Source of the DNA: Candidatus Iainarchaeum sp.
Lineage (GTDB): Archaea; B1Sed10-29; WALL01; JAGHAM01
Assembly (NCBI GenBank): GCA_021161465.1
Contig: JAGHAM010000004.1
Span: forward strand, 3,035-67,034
Reading direction: 5' to 3'
DNA: 64,000 nt
Numbering within the stretch: position 1 is the stretch's first letter; each line of letters starts with the position of its first letter. Position numbers and translations under genes: made by a program. The notes under the pieces were generated by a model. The model had not been told where the DNA came from, did not search any database, and saw only the letters and a list, made by a program, of their open reading frames with translations. Positions 18,281 to 28,447 of this stretch are shown here, piece after piece.

Positions 18281-21115
18281 GTGTTATCTATGCCAGCCTA
18301 CAAACACGAAAAGGTAGAGTTAAAATGGCAGAAAGAATGGGAAAACGCCGGGCTTAGCCAAGCCGATGCAGATCCAGAGAGAGAAAAGTACTTCTTGATA
18401 TTTGCCTATCCAGGAATCTCGGGCTTCCTTCATGTTGGCCATATGCGAGGCTACTCCTATTCTGACATCATCACTAGGTACAAGCGAATGCGCGGATTCA
18501 ACGTGCTCTTCCCAGCTGGCTTTCACGCCACTGGTATTCACGCTGTGGCGATAGCCGAGAAAATCAAGCGTGGCGATAAAAAATTAATCCAATATTTCAA
18601 GGACAATGGGGTTTCTGATAAGCAGATAGAGAAGTTCAAGGATTACAATGAGGTTGTAAAGTTTTTCTCAAAGGTTTACGTTGACGAGTACTGGAAACGC
18701 TTTGGGTTTCTCATAGACTGGAGGAGGCTTACGAGTACACTGCACCCAGGCTACCATAAGTTCATCCAGTGGCAGTTCAGGAAGCTGATGCAGCAGGGCT
18801 TACTAGTGCAGAAGGAGTACTATGGAGCTTTCTGTCCTCATTGTGGGCCGGTGGCAGTTGATGCAACTGAGACAGACTTGCAGAGGGGCGGAAATGCAGA
18901 GAAACTAGAGTTCACATTGTTGAAGTTCAAGTACGGAGATTCTTACCTAGTGGCTGCAACCTTAAGGCCTGAAACCATCTATGGCCAGACTAACATGTGG
19001 GTAAGGCCGGATATCAACTACGTGAAAGTTGAGGTAGATGGGGAGAAATGGATAGTTAGTGAGGAATGTTCTAAGGCTTTAACCGAGCAGGGAAAGAAAG
19101 TAAAGGTTCTGGAGGAAGTGCCTGGAAAAAGCATGATAGGAAAATACTGCCACGCGCCTGGCATAGATGGGGATATAATCATATTACCTTCTGATTTCCC
19201 CGACCCAAAGATAGGGACGGGCCTTGTTACTAGTGTACCTTCTGATGCACCTTACGATTACATCGCCTTGAAGGACCTACAGGGAAATCCAGGAGAGTGC
19301 AGAAAGTATGGGATTGACCCAGAGAAGGTTAAGGCGATAAAGCTGATACCAATAATCAAGTCCAAGGGCTATGGAGAATTCCCCGCAGAGGAAATTGTTG
19401 AGAGGATGGGTATAAAGAGCCAGCGCGAGACTGAGAAATTAGAGGAGGCTACCAAGGAGATATACAAATTGGGCTACCACACAGGGGTAATGCGCGAGAA
19501 CTGTGGGCCTTACGCAGGTATGCGAGTTGAAGAAGCCAAGGATGCTATGAAGGAGGACCTAATCAAGAAAGGTCTTGCCGACGTGTTCTATGCTTTCTCT
19601 GAGCCCGTGGTGTGCAGGTGTGGGAGAGATGTCGTCATAAGGAAGATAACTGACCAGTGGTTCATAAAATACAGTGATGAGTCTTTAACGGAGAAGTCAA
19701 AGCTGCATGCTGAAGGCATGAACATCTTCCCGGAGGATTACAAGAGGGAGATACCTGCGGTTCTGGATTGGTTCCAGGATAGGCCTTGTGTCAGACAGGG
19801 CTCTTGGCTCGGGACAAAGTTCCCATTCGATGAGAAATGGATTATAGAACCTATTTCAGACTCGACACTTTATCCAGCTTATTATGTTGTTTCTATCTAT
19901 GAGAACAATGGAGTAATCAAGCCAGAGGAGATGACCGAGGAATTCTTCGATTATGTTTTCTTGGGGAAAGGGGAACCAAAGAAACCAATCTGGAAGAGGA
20001 TAAGGGAGGATTTTGAATACTGGTACCCTCTTGATGTAAATTTGGGCGGCAAGGAGCACAAAACCGTTCACTTCCCTGCTTTCCTTATGAACCATGTTGC
20101 TATCCTACCTGGAACCTACTGGCCGAGGGGAATATTCGTGAACTGGTGGGTTTTGGGAAAGGCCGGTTCTAAAATAAGTAAGAGCAAGGGCGGGGCCGAG
20201 GCAATACCCGATATACTTGAAACTTACTCAGCTGACTCTATCAGGCTTTACTATTCTCATGTGGCTTCTCCGTTCCAGGACATCTATTGGGATGCTGACA
20301 CAGCCTTCAAGTACAAGAATGCTCTGGAACGTGCCTATGTAATATGTGAAACCCTCTCTGGACTGAAAGGCGGGAAATCAAGAATAGATAGCTGGCTGGA
20401 ATACAATTTCAATGAAAGCCTGAGGGAAGCAACTGACGCTATGGAGAACTATGACCTGAGAGTCGCCTCCGATGTAATTTTTTATGCCATACCGCGTATC
20501 CTCAACTGGTACCAGAGGAGAGGGGGAGAAAACACTAAGATGCTATCTTGGGTGTTGAGGGATTGGGTCAGATTGATGACTCCCTTCACCCCTCACCTTG
20601 CTGAGGAGATATGGCACTCGGTGCTTGGTGAGAAGAACCTAGTTTCGGTTGAGTCCTGGCCAAAAGCACGCGAGGTAGAAGCTGATGAGAGAGTGAATGA
20701 AGAAGAGGAGCTGCTTAGGGATATCCTAAGCGATACGCGTGATATATTCAAGCTGGTTGGTGGGAAGCCTTCAAAAGTTTTCATCTACACACCAGCTAAA
20801 TGGAAGTGGCAGGTTATTGGGAAGGTTAGGGGTAAAGAACGCGACTTCAAAGCATGCATACAGGCGGTAGCGGCTGACCAGGAGCTAAAGAAGGATGGGC
20901 CACGATTCATTAAGGCGATATTCAAGAAACTTCCTGGCTATTCGAGCAAACCCCAGATAGATGAGTATGATGGCCTAAAGAGCGCTGAGCTATTCCTCTC
21001 CGAGGAGCTTGGAGTTCCTGTAAAGGTTTTCAGAGAGGAGGACCCCAAGAAATACGACCCTACTGGGAAAGCATCTAAAGCGCTACCACTTTACCCTGCA
21101 ATATATGTAGAATAA
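18281..21115 (+). CDS. leuS: leucyl-tRNA synthetase (archaeal/eukaryal type)
   Basis: 944 aa. HIGH motif 'HVGHMRGY', KMSKS motif 'KISKSKG', CP1 editing insertion. Probable true start ATG at 18290. Confidence 0.9.
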   Translation: MLSMPAYKHEKVELKWQKEWENAGLSQADADPEREKYFLIFAYPGISGFLHVGHMRGYSYSDIITRYKRMRGFNVLFPAGFHATGIHAVAIAEKIKRGDKKLIQYFKDNGVSDKQIEKFKDYNEVVKFFSKVYVDEYWKRFGFLIDWRRLTSTLHPGYHKFIQWQFRKLMQQGLLVQKEYYGAFCPHCGPVAVDATETDLQRGGNAEKLEFTLLKFKYGDSYLVAATLRPETIYGQTNMWVRPDINYVKVEVDGEKWIVSEECSKALTEQGKKVKVLEEVPGKSMIGKYCHAPGIDGDIIILPSDFPDPKIGTGLVTSVPSDAPYDYIALKDLQGNPGECRKYGIDPEKVKAIKLIPIIKSKGYGEFPAEEIVERMGIKSQRETEKLEEATKEIYKLGYHTGVMRENCGPYAGMRVEEAKDAMKEDLIKKGLADVFYAFSEPVVCRCGRDVVIRKITDQWFIKYSDESLTEKSKLHAEGMNIFPEDYKREIPAVLDWFQDRPCVRQGSWLGTKFPFDEKWIIEPISDSTLYPAYYVVSIYENNGVIKPEEMTEEFFDYVFLGKGEPKKPIWKRIREDFEYWYPLDVNLGGKEHKTVHFPAFLMNHVAILPGTYWPRGIFVNWWVLGKAGSKISKSKGGAEAIPDILETYSADSIRLYYSHVASPFQDIYWDADTAFKYKNALERAYVICETLSGLKGGKSRIDSWLEYNFNESLREATDAMENYDLRVASDVIFYAIPRILNWYQRRGGENTKMLSWVLRDWVRLMTPFTPHLAEEIWHSVLGEKNLVSVESWPKAREVEADERVNEEEELLRDILSDTRDIFKLVGGKPSKVFIYTPAKWKWQVIGKVRGKERDFKACIQAVAADQELKKDGPRFIKAIFKKLPGYSSKPQIDEYDGLKSAELFLSEELGVPVKVFREEDPKKYDPTGKASKALPLYPAIYVE

Positions 21116-21138
21116 GATTGCCTAGAGTATACTAGCTA

Positions 21139-22326
21139 TCAGCGCGTTCGCTTTCTTTTTGGTTTAGCTATCTTAGCAAGGCGCTTTGCTAGGAGTTTTG
21201 TTTCACCGCTATATAATATATCTGAGGCACGGGTGGTTAGGTCCCTTAGCTCTTTTGTCCTTCCTGTTCTACCACCGCGGAATATCTCATGGACTACTCT
21301 ATCTAGTTCTCTCATTTCTGTGGTGCTTTTTGGCAACTTAAGTCCGGTTTTCTCCTCGATTTCTCTTGCCTGTCCACCAGCTATCTTCTTGCCAAGGACA
21401 TCTGTTAGCCCTCTTTTATACAGCCTTCTCACAGCGCTGAACATCTGTGGCCGTGTGCTTTTGGTTGCTATATATGTTGGTTCTTTGTGGCTGTCCAGCC
21501 TGGAGTTCATATTGTTTATCGCGTTTCTCATAGCCTCTATATCAATCATTTCAGATGGCGTTAGCAGTTTGTCCCTGTGCTTCTCAAGTATCTTCCTGGC
21601 TTCATTGATGTCTTTCCCATCAAGGTTTTGGAGGTACCCACTGTGGGAGGTTATCTTTCTCAGTTTTTTCATTTCGGTCTCTGATAAAACTATACCTTCT
21701 GTTTTCCTTGGTTTTCTGCGTGGTTTCCCTTGTGCTTTCTTCTTGCTTGGTTTCTTTCTGCTCGGCTTCTTAGTGCTTTTGGTTTTCTTCTTTTTAGGTT
21801 TTGAAACCTTAGGGGTTGGTTCAGGGGTGGCTAGTTGTTCCTTCTCTTTGAGTTTTTCTTCCAACTCTCTTATCTTATTAGTGAGGCTTTCTCTCTCCCT
21901 TTCGTGCTCTTCCATAAGTTCAGTCAGGCGTCTTTCTGCAAGTTTCATGATGGTTTCATTTTTAAGTTTGTCATGTCCCCTGTCAAGCATCCATCCCCAT
22001 GCAAACTGGCCTATTTTCTTCTCTTTTCCGGTTTGCAGCTGGTAGGCACGCTGGTCTTCTTCAGTCCTTATCCTGCTGAAAATGGGCCTATGGCTCCTGA
22101 AATAAGTTATGCCCTCTTCCGTTATCACTTCGCGCTCGTGTGGCCGCAGCACCTTGGCCATTACCCTTCCCCAAATATCTTTTCCAGAAACACGCTTAGC
22201 TCTTTTTTCAATGATTCTTGACATCCTTCTTTCAGGACTGAAAAATGAATATTTCTTTTTAATGATTTTACTATGCTCTCTAGCCTTGCCGGCATCATAT
22301 AATTCTATCTCCCCAGACCTTGCCAT
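21139..22326 (-). CDS. hypothetical protein with Lys-rich linker and helix-hairpin-helix-like C-terminal region
   Basis: Low-complexity 'KPKKKKTKSTKKPSRKKPSKKK' linker and 'LTDVLGKKIAGGQAREIEEKTG' HhH-like segment. Function not assignable. Confidence 0.4.
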   Translation of the reverse strand: MARSGEIELYDAGKAREHSKIIKKKYSFFSPERRMSRIIEKRAKRVSGKDIWGRVMAKVLRPHEREVITEEGITYFRSHRPIFSRIRTEEDQRAYQLQTGKEKKIGQFAWGWMLDRGHDKLKNETIMKLAERRLTELMEEHERERESLTNKIRELEEKLKEKEQLATPEPTPKVSKPKKKKTKSTKKPSRKKPSKKKAQGKPRRKPRKTEGIVLSETEMKKLRKITSHSGYLQNLDGKDINEARKILEKHRDKLLTPSEMIDIEAMRNAINNMNSRLDSHKEPTYIATKSTRPQMFSAVRRLYKRGLTDVLGKKIAGGQAREIEEKTGLKLPKSTTEMRELDRVVHEIFRGGRTGRTKELRDLTTRASDILYSGETKLLAKRLAKIAKPKRKRTR

Positions 22327-22329
22327 CTT

Positions 22330-23064
22330 CTAGGACCTCCTCCTGGTAGTTAAGAGCTCTCTTGGTATCGGCTCTACCATATACTCGCTTAATTTTTTCA
22401 ACTTGGCAAAGCTTTGAATCTCTCTTGGTATGTCCGCCTCTGGGAACTTAGTATAGAGTTGTTTCATAAACTCAGCGGATATGAACCCTTTTGATATCCA
22501 TTCTTCCTTGATGGTTTTTTGTATTGGAGTTTCAATTGGTGTTACAACTTTAAGTGATGGGCTCACAGGCTTGTCAGACGCGCTCTCAATCTTTTTCAGG
22601 GCTTTGTCTATCGTGTAATTGAATACAACTGTAGAATACTCATTGCTTATTGAAATTCCCCAGAGTTTTGAAATCTCGGGTGCCAGCCTTTCCTTTACGT
22701 TCTTTGGTAGCTCTTCAAATTTTTCTCTAATACTTATGAATTCTGGTTCATTGAATTCTTCCGGGTGCAATCCCTTAAGCTTCTTGAGAGCCATATAATA
22801 CTCTGCTGTGGATTTCCCACTTTCTAACTTTTTCGCGTATTCCAGATACTCAGAACGATTCTTTATGTTTTTTATAACATCACTAACGCTAACTCCTCTT
22901 CTTACTATTGGCGGGATGAACCGAAAATCTTCTTTTGTTATGGCTTCCTGTGGTTTCAATGATTTGTAGCTTCTGATGGCCCTAGCTGCCATCAACCTAT
23001 TGTCTAATTCGCTAATTTTCTCATCAAGCTCAACAAGCTTTGCATGGAGGTTATCCTTTTTCAT
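22330..23064 (-). CDS. hypothetical protein (244 aa)
   Basis: ORF 4 nt downstream of 21139..22326 on the same strand (likely operon). Confidence 0.4.
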   Translation of the reverse strand: MKKDNLHAKLVELDEKISELDNRLMAARAIRSYKSLKPQEAITKEDFRFIPPIVRRGVSVSDVIKNIKNRSEYLEYAKKLESGKSTAEYYMALKKLKGLHPEEFNEPEFISIREKFEELPKNVKERLAPEISKLWGISISNEYSTVVFNYTIDKALKKIESASDKPVSPSLKVVTPIETPIQKTIKEEWISKGFISAEFMKQLYTKFPEADIPREIQSFAKLKKLSEYMVEPIPRELLTTRRRS

Positions 23065-23288
23065 TTAAATCCCTTAACTCGGTATGCATTATTAAATATA
23101 CACGTTCTCATTTAAATATCTTTGCAATAATATTACATATGTATTCTTCCATTCTCCTATGCCATACTAAATCAGTCTGCCCGTCTGTCATCACAGCGTT
23201 AGCTCAGAACTCATAGGGCTCATCATCTGATGTTGATTGTCCCATAATTGGAATAAAAGGCTTCTGGTGATGTATCAGTTATTGACAA

Positions 23289-23837
23289 TCAATCCTTCCT
23301 ATGCTGTGTCTTCATCCCTCTGGTCCTGAAGAATCCTTTGTCATAAACTTTGCCATACTTTTCGTAAATTTGTTTTCCGCCATCTCTAAGCCAACCACCA
23401 CTAATCGGTAGCCCGTGTTTCTTGGCAGCATACCTAAGAAGTTTGGCTGCGAGGAACAGTGGCTTCTCCCTTTTCTTCTTGTATACACCTTCTTCAGTAA
23501 CATGACCACTGATAATTTTTGTATCTCTGAATTTTGGCCTGACGAATATTTCATGAACGAATAGTGTTTTACCTGCATTGCGGTTGATATCTTTTTTAGC
23601 GATGGGCTTGACTGTTATGAACCCTGAATACTCTCCCTTTGTTCTTTGCAGATAAGTAAAAATTTCGCCTTTGGTTTGAGATTCAGTTTTATTCTTAAGC
23701 CAGCCTTCCACTGCTTTTCTTGTAGTTGCATATCCTTTGTTTTCAACCCATTCCCGGCGCATCTTCTTTAGGGTTTCAATGTGTTCTGCATCTTCAGGAT
23801 CGAACAAGATATGCTCTACTTTACCTTTTCCACCCAT
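23289..23837 (-). CDS. conserved hypothetical protein, paralog of 32514..33077 (possible degenerate GNAT-like fold)
   Basis: Shares 'EYSGFITVKP', 'FVHEIFVRPKFR', 'LAAKLLRYAAKKHG.P..G.WL' and 'EKYG..Y..GFFR.RGMK..HRK' blocks with the 32514 protein. Confidence 0.5.
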   Translation of the reverse strand: MGGKGKVEHILFDPEDAEHIETLKKMRREWVENKGYATTRKAVEGWLKNKTESQTKGEIFTYLQRTKGEYSGFITVKPIAKKDINRNAGKTLFVHEIFVRPKFRDTKIISGHVTEEGVYKKKREKPLFLAAKLLRYAAKKHGLPISGGWLRDGGKQIYEKYGKVYDKGFFRTRGMKTQHRKD

Positions 23838-23871
23838 CTATATGCTTTATGAAGCAATGATATAAAATTGG

Positions 23872-24567
23872 TTACTCTGTTTTTCCAAAATCTGTTTTCA
23901 TCAGCTCATTTTTTGGTTTTCCCATTGCAATCATCCCAGCCAACACTGCAATCAACCCACCTTCTATCACACTAGCTACTAGTACGCCAAGTGCAAGACC
24001 AACTAGCCATCCAAGGAAACCTAGGATACCTGCATCCAATCCGAAGGAGTTAACAACAGCGCTAAAAGCTTTCCCTAAAGCCCTTCCTAGTTTATCAATT
24101 GAAAATCCACTGTATTGGAAAAACGTGTGGATGGCATTTATGAAGACAAAAATTATACTAAGCGCCTTACTAATCAAACCAATTATGAGTCCGAACAGAG
24201 AACCTGCAAAAAATGCTTGCTTGAGCGTTTCTCCATAATTTTTTACTGTGGTCCATCCTATCCAAAGCGTCAGCACCATGCACATGCTAGTGTAAAACCC
24301 AAGAGCTGAGCTACCTAACCAATCTCCTTGGAATATCGAGACACCTTCTCTCCACCCGCTGACTGGGACCACCAAGTTAACTACTCCCATAAAGATTGCA
24401 AAAGTTGCCCAAACAACAACTAAGAGCAAGGGAAGTTTCATTCTTCCGAATAGCTTGCCTATGTTTCCAGAGGATTTCTTAGGTTGAGTAGGGACATTGG
24501 GAGCAGTCTCTGTAACCATGACCTGAGGTTTTTTTATTTCAGTTTCTCCAACCATTACATTCACCAA
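23872..24567 (-). CDS. integral membrane protein, hypothetical
   Basis: Five or six hydrophobic helices. Co-directional with, and 35 nt upstream of, the 23289 gene. Confidence 0.5.
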   Translation of the reverse strand: MVNVMVGETEIKKPQVMVTETAPNVPTQPKKSSGNIGKLFGRMKLPLLLVVVWATFAIFMGVVNLVVPVSGWREGVSIFQGDWLGSSALGFYTSMCMVLTLWIGWTTVKNYGETLKQAFFAGSLFGLIIGLISKALSIIFVFINAIHTFFQYSGFSIDKLGRALGKAFSAVVNSFGLDAGILGFLGWLVGLALGVLVASVIEGGLIAVLAGMIAMGKPKNELMKTDFGKTE

Positions 24568-24665
24568 CTAACTAAAAACCAAGCTAATTTTTAAATTTTT
24601 TGGGTCATAGCCAAGGCAACTGTGAGATTCTTAACGTTATCTTTTTAAATTCAAAATACGTTTAG

Positions 24666-27644
24666 GTGATTATGATAACCCGAAATCTATGTGTTTTGCT
24701 GTTTTTCACCACTCTTTTGCTCTTTGTAGGATGTCTTGAGCCTCAGGAAACTGATAAAAATGTTCAGTTTTTAGTTTATGATACAACTCCAAGCAACGTT
24801 CTTGAGGGAGCTTCAATAACCATTTCAAATAGTTCTGGTGTATTTACCTCTCTCACAACAGATACATCTGGGGTTGTTTTTCTCCGACTTCCTCCAGGTG
24901 AGTACAGAGCCGAAGTTTCAAAGGAAGGATATCAAGGAAGACAGTTTAAATTCACAGTTTCTGGAAATACTTTCGTTACCTTGGATGCACCATTAGAAAG
25001 GATGAAACCATGTGTTGAAAACTGGTCCTGCTCAGAGTGGAGTTTATGTATCAATGGGACTCAAACTAGGAGTTGTATAGACAGTAATCACTGCAATACA
25101 ACTGAGAATAAGACTATTGAAGAGCAATCATGCACTCCACCTGAGTGCCAGATAAATTCTGACTGCAATGACAGTAATCCATGCACTACTGACTCTTGTG
25201 TAGATGGAACTTGCAAGCATGAAACGATAACCAAGTGTAAGTCCGGAGACAAATGCTGTCCAAGTGGGTGCACTCATGATAAAGACAGTGATTGCCTACA
25301 ATTAGTTCGATGCAACTCTACGTCTGACTGTGACGATGGAGATTCGTGTACACTTGACATTTGCTCAGGGAATCCAAGAGCATGTTCACATGTGAAGGTA
25401 ACTGCCTGTTCTGACAATGATGGTTGTTGTCCAGCGGGGTGTACTTACAAGGCCGATGATGATTGTGAACCAGTGGACGAATGTCAAACAGATGCTGACT
25501 GTGATGATAGCATACCCTGTACAAAGGATACTTGTTCAGGCGCTCCAAAAACATGTTCTCATGCCATGGTTACTCAATGCGTAGACAATGACAGTTGCTG
25601 CCCTGAGGGTTGTAGTTATCTCAACGACACAGATTGTCCTGAAACAGATGAGTGCTCAACGGATTCTGACTGTGATGATGGTGTGAACTGTACTCTAGAT
25701 ACATGTTCTGGAACTCCAAAGGCATGCCACCACACTCACATCACTACTTGTCAGTCTGGCGATGGCTGCTGCCCAGAAGGGTGCAACTATCTCAACGATA
25801 CGGACTGTCCAAATCTTGACCAGTGCTTAACCAATGCTGATTGCGATGACAACAACGTTTGCACTATGGATGTATGTAATGGAACTCCAAAGATGTGTTA
25901 CAACCTTCCTATTACTGAATGTCGGGATAATGATGGCTGTTGTCCATCTGGGTGTTCGTATGTGACCGATAACGATTGTAGTCAACAGGAGGTCACGGAG
26001 ACGCTTTATGTGGGAGACTTTGCTGTTGTTGGAGGCCTACCCATTTACCTACAATCAGTAACAAGATCATATATGCCCGGTGTGATTGGTAGTGCAACCA
26101 TGCTGGTTGGTGGGAAGAAACTTTCACTTAATGATGGTGATGCATTCCCTGGGGATGAGAACTGGAAAGTTAAAGTGACTACCGGTGCAACAGGCCAATG
26201 CCCGTCAGGTATGACCTGCAGCAATGGCTACATAGACTACATAACTCTGTACTATGATAAAACCCTCCAGCCATCGGATAAGGTAACAAAGATTGTTGGT
26301 CCAAATCCAAATCATTATTTCGAGTTGTCCTATGATGGTGATGAAGTTTCAAGAGGTGTATGGGACTCTGAAAGTGTGAGTTTGAAAGCAATGAACTATG
26401 GGTGCTTAGACAAACTTACATACACAGATGGAACGTATGAAAAGGCTTATGCGGTCGACATGAACTCCAATGATGGTCTTACCACAGCATTCCTTGCTGA
26501 TGGAAACGGCGGTGTTAGTGATGGTTCTAACCCACTAGATTTGCAAGAAGGAGATATCTTCTTCGTGGAGAACACGCCTGTTTATATAAACTCAATAGCT
26601 ATGTCTACTTCCCCATACAACTCCAAGGTAACCTTTACGGTCGGCTACGGAGCAACTGACGGCAAGACCTCTACCAAAGATGTTACTGGCGATGGGTGTA
26701 CAACTTCTGGTGGATGGGTATACTGTACCCCAACAATACTGGCGACGACCGTTGGCTTGAACTGGACCTTTAACATTTCGCAGTACTCTGAACCCATCCT
26801 CCATGTCCTAAGCGGAGCAGACAACGTACTCAACACAAAGTATGGTTCTTTGACTTGGCAGTCCGATAATCATGTCTTGTTTTCCAGCATGACTTTTAAG
26901 GATTCTTATAACCAAGAGTTCCTCGTTAAGCGACCGAGCTGTATGAGTACAGGATTGAAAGTTACAGATACGAGCGAAACTATGATATATGTTGACCAAT
27001 CTGGCACACATCCAGAATATGAATACAATAAATTCCATGAAACAGCTGGGGCTTGGATCGAGTCTGTAGATGATGACACGATAAAATTCGTTAATCCAGA
27101 ACATGCTCCAAGGACCGAGAGAGTTACGCTGTGTAAATTGGAGAGTGGCTCCTCTGGTTGCGAAATTAAAGATTTAGATTGGAATTATGGCATTACTCCC
27201 TCAAACAAGTTAGTCATTGACCACGATCAGGGTTTAGTTTTATCATCTTTCCCGTACAACGGTTCTGATTATGACTACAGCGAAACAGTCGTTGCGGGCG
27301 ATTCAACGATTCCCCTCTACTATGAGGAAGGAACCGATTTCCATGGTGTTTACTTCTCTGATCTCAAACCACAGAAGTATTATTATCGATTAGATTTCCT
27401 GGATAACTTCCCCATTGGTTTGGAGGCACATTCGCCAGAATTAAAATTTTTAGGTAGTGATTATACACTAACCAAAGTTGGTTCGACGGAGGTTGATCTA
27501 GTGGATGGTGCTAACTTGCTTTTGGGTGTTGGCTCTTGTCAGGATGTACCTTATCAAGGGCATACCTACAATCTATGTGTGATTAGTATAGGGTTTAATG
27601 ATGAAACTGAAACTGGATTTGCATCTATACGAGTTATTCAATAA
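24666..27644 (+). CDS. large secreted lipobox Cys-rich repeat protein (paralog of 15774..18230) with ~560-aa unique C-terminal domain
   Basis: Same architecture as 15774: signal 'FVGC', CarboxypepD_reg-like domain, 'ENWSCSEWSLCINGTQTRSC' module, six 'CxDxxxCTxDxCxGxxxxCxH...DGCCPxGC' repeats, then a large beta-rich domain. Confidence 0.7.
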   Translation: MIMITRNLCVLLFFTTLLLFVGCLEPQETDKNVQFLVYDTTPSNVLEGASITISNSSGVFTSLTTDTSGVVFLRLPPGEYRAEVSKEGYQGRQFKFTVSGNTFVTLDAPLERMKPCVENWSCSEWSLCINGTQTRSCIDSNHCNTTENKTIEEQSCTPPECQINSDCNDSNPCTTDSCVDGTCKHETITKCKSGDKCCPSGCTHDKDSDCLQLVRCNSTSDCDDGDSCTLDICSGNPRACSHVKVTACSDNDGCCPAGCTYKADDDCEPVDECQTDADCDDSIPCTKDTCSGAPKTCSHAMVTQCVDNDSCCPEGCSYLNDTDCPETDECSTDSDCDDGVNCTLDTCSGTPKACHHTHITTCQSGDGCCPEGCNYLNDTDCPNLDQCLTNADCDDNNVCTMDVCNGTPKMCYNLPITECRDNDGCCPSGCSYVTDNDCSQQEVTETLYVGDFAVVGGLPIYLQSVTRSYMPGVIGSATMLVGGKKLSLNDGDAFPGDENWKVKVTTGATGQCPSGMTCSNGYIDYITLYYDKTLQPSDKVTKIVGPNPNHYFELSYDGDEVSRGVWDSESVSLKAMNYGCLDKLTYTDGTYEKAYAVDMNSNDGLTTAFLADGNGGVSDGSNPLDLQEGDIFFVENTPVYINSIAMSTSPYNSKVTFTVGYGATDGKTSTKDVTGDGCTTSGGWVYCTPTILATTVGLNWTFNISQYSEPILHVLSGADNVLNTKYGSLTWQSDNHVLFSSMTFKDSYNQEFLVKRPSCMSTGLKVTDTSETMIYVDQSGTHPEYEYNKFHETAGAWIESVDDDTIKFVNPEHAPRTERVTLCKLESGSSGCEIKDLDWNYGITPSNKLVIDHDQGLVLSSFPYNGSDYDYSETVVAGDSTIPLYYEEGTDFHGVYFSDLKPQKYYYRLDFLDNFPIGLEAHSPELKFLGSDYTLTKVGSTEVDLVDGANLLLGVGSCQDVPYQGHTYNLCVISIGFNDETETGFASIRVIQ

Positions 27645-27665
27645 AAAGAAAGGAGGAGGTTAAAA

Positions 27666-28124
27666 TTAACCTCCCTTGGCGCAACCATGTGACATTTCCG
27701 TACCGGTGTTCAAGTCGGTCATTATATAACACACTTTTTCATTGTTCTTGTCAAAGTAGTAATCCCACTTCATCTTCTGTCCGCCTTGCTCATACATCCC
27801 AACAGCATGACACATTTGTTGCCCATCATACTCTCCAAATCCTTTGATTTCGAAGGACATGCTCTCGGTTTCTCCGCCTGCTCCACCGGCATAGTTCCAC
27901 TGTGCCCCTGGTGCACACCAATCACCTGTTCCGCTAGAGGTTCCACCAGTTTCCTGTTGCCCTCCAGTTCCTTCAGAAACAGTTTCTCCATTTGTACTGG
28001 TGTTCTGAGCATTCTCATTGTTGGACATTGATGGCTCTTGTGTTGTTCCTTTTGTGGATGTTCCAATGCAGCCCATCATGACTACTGCAAACAGTAGGAT
28101 AGTTATTGCTAAAATTGTTTTCAT
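27666..28124 (-). CDS. small secreted Gly/Thr-rich lipoprotein
   Basis: Signal peptide with 'MMGC' lipobox, then a low-complexity T/G/S-rich linker. Confidence 0.5.
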   Translation of the reverse strand: MKTILAITILLFAVVMMGCIGTSTKGTTQEPSMSNNENAQNTSTNGETVSEGTGGQQETGGTSSGTGDWCAPGAQWNYAGGAGGETESMSFEIKGFGEYDGQQMCHAVGMYEQGGQKMKWDYYFDKNNEKVCYIMTDLNTGTEMSHGCAKGG

Positions 28125-28198
28125 AAAGAAATCACCATTTGTTCCAAATTTTGCAGTTTATTCTTAATAAACCTGCTTCGCTTACACGTAGTAAAAAG

Positions 28199-28415
28199 GG
28201 CCGCGGCCGGGAATTTCCTACCCAACTCACAATCGTGTGTGGGGTTAGGAGGGGCGCAGCCCCTCTTTTTGAACCCGGGCCAGGGGATTTCTGCAAGATG
28301 CAGGATTATCGTCTACCCCCCATAGATGGATTGCGTAGCAATCCTCTGGGGTTAGAAGGGGCGCAGCCCCTCTTTCCACAGTCCCCTATACTAGCCAGGC
28401 TATACAACCGCAGCC
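28199..28415 (-). tRNA. tRNA-His(GUG) candidate with anticodon-loop intron (~85 nt) and T-loop 59/60 intron (~56 nt)
   Basis: On the minus strand: G-1 + acceptor GCTGCGG/CCGCGGC with C73. U8. D-stem GTAT/GTAT (G-U) with D-loop AGCCTGGCTA. Anticodon stem GGGGA/TCCCC, loop CTGTGG|A (anticodon GTG). Variable TGGC. T-arm CCGGG-TTCAAA[intron]T-CCCGG. Confidence 0.5.
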
Positions 28416-28447
28416 ATAGGTTAATTTTTAGAACAAGGTTGTTTAAA

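Noticed and set aside
28240-28376. Two near-identical 30-nt GC-rich hairpin repeats about 77 nt apart, which could be a mini-CRISPR array
   Set aside because: Only two copies, the spacer is too long, and there are no cas genes. Both copies fall inside the two introns of the tRNA-His fold, which explains them better.
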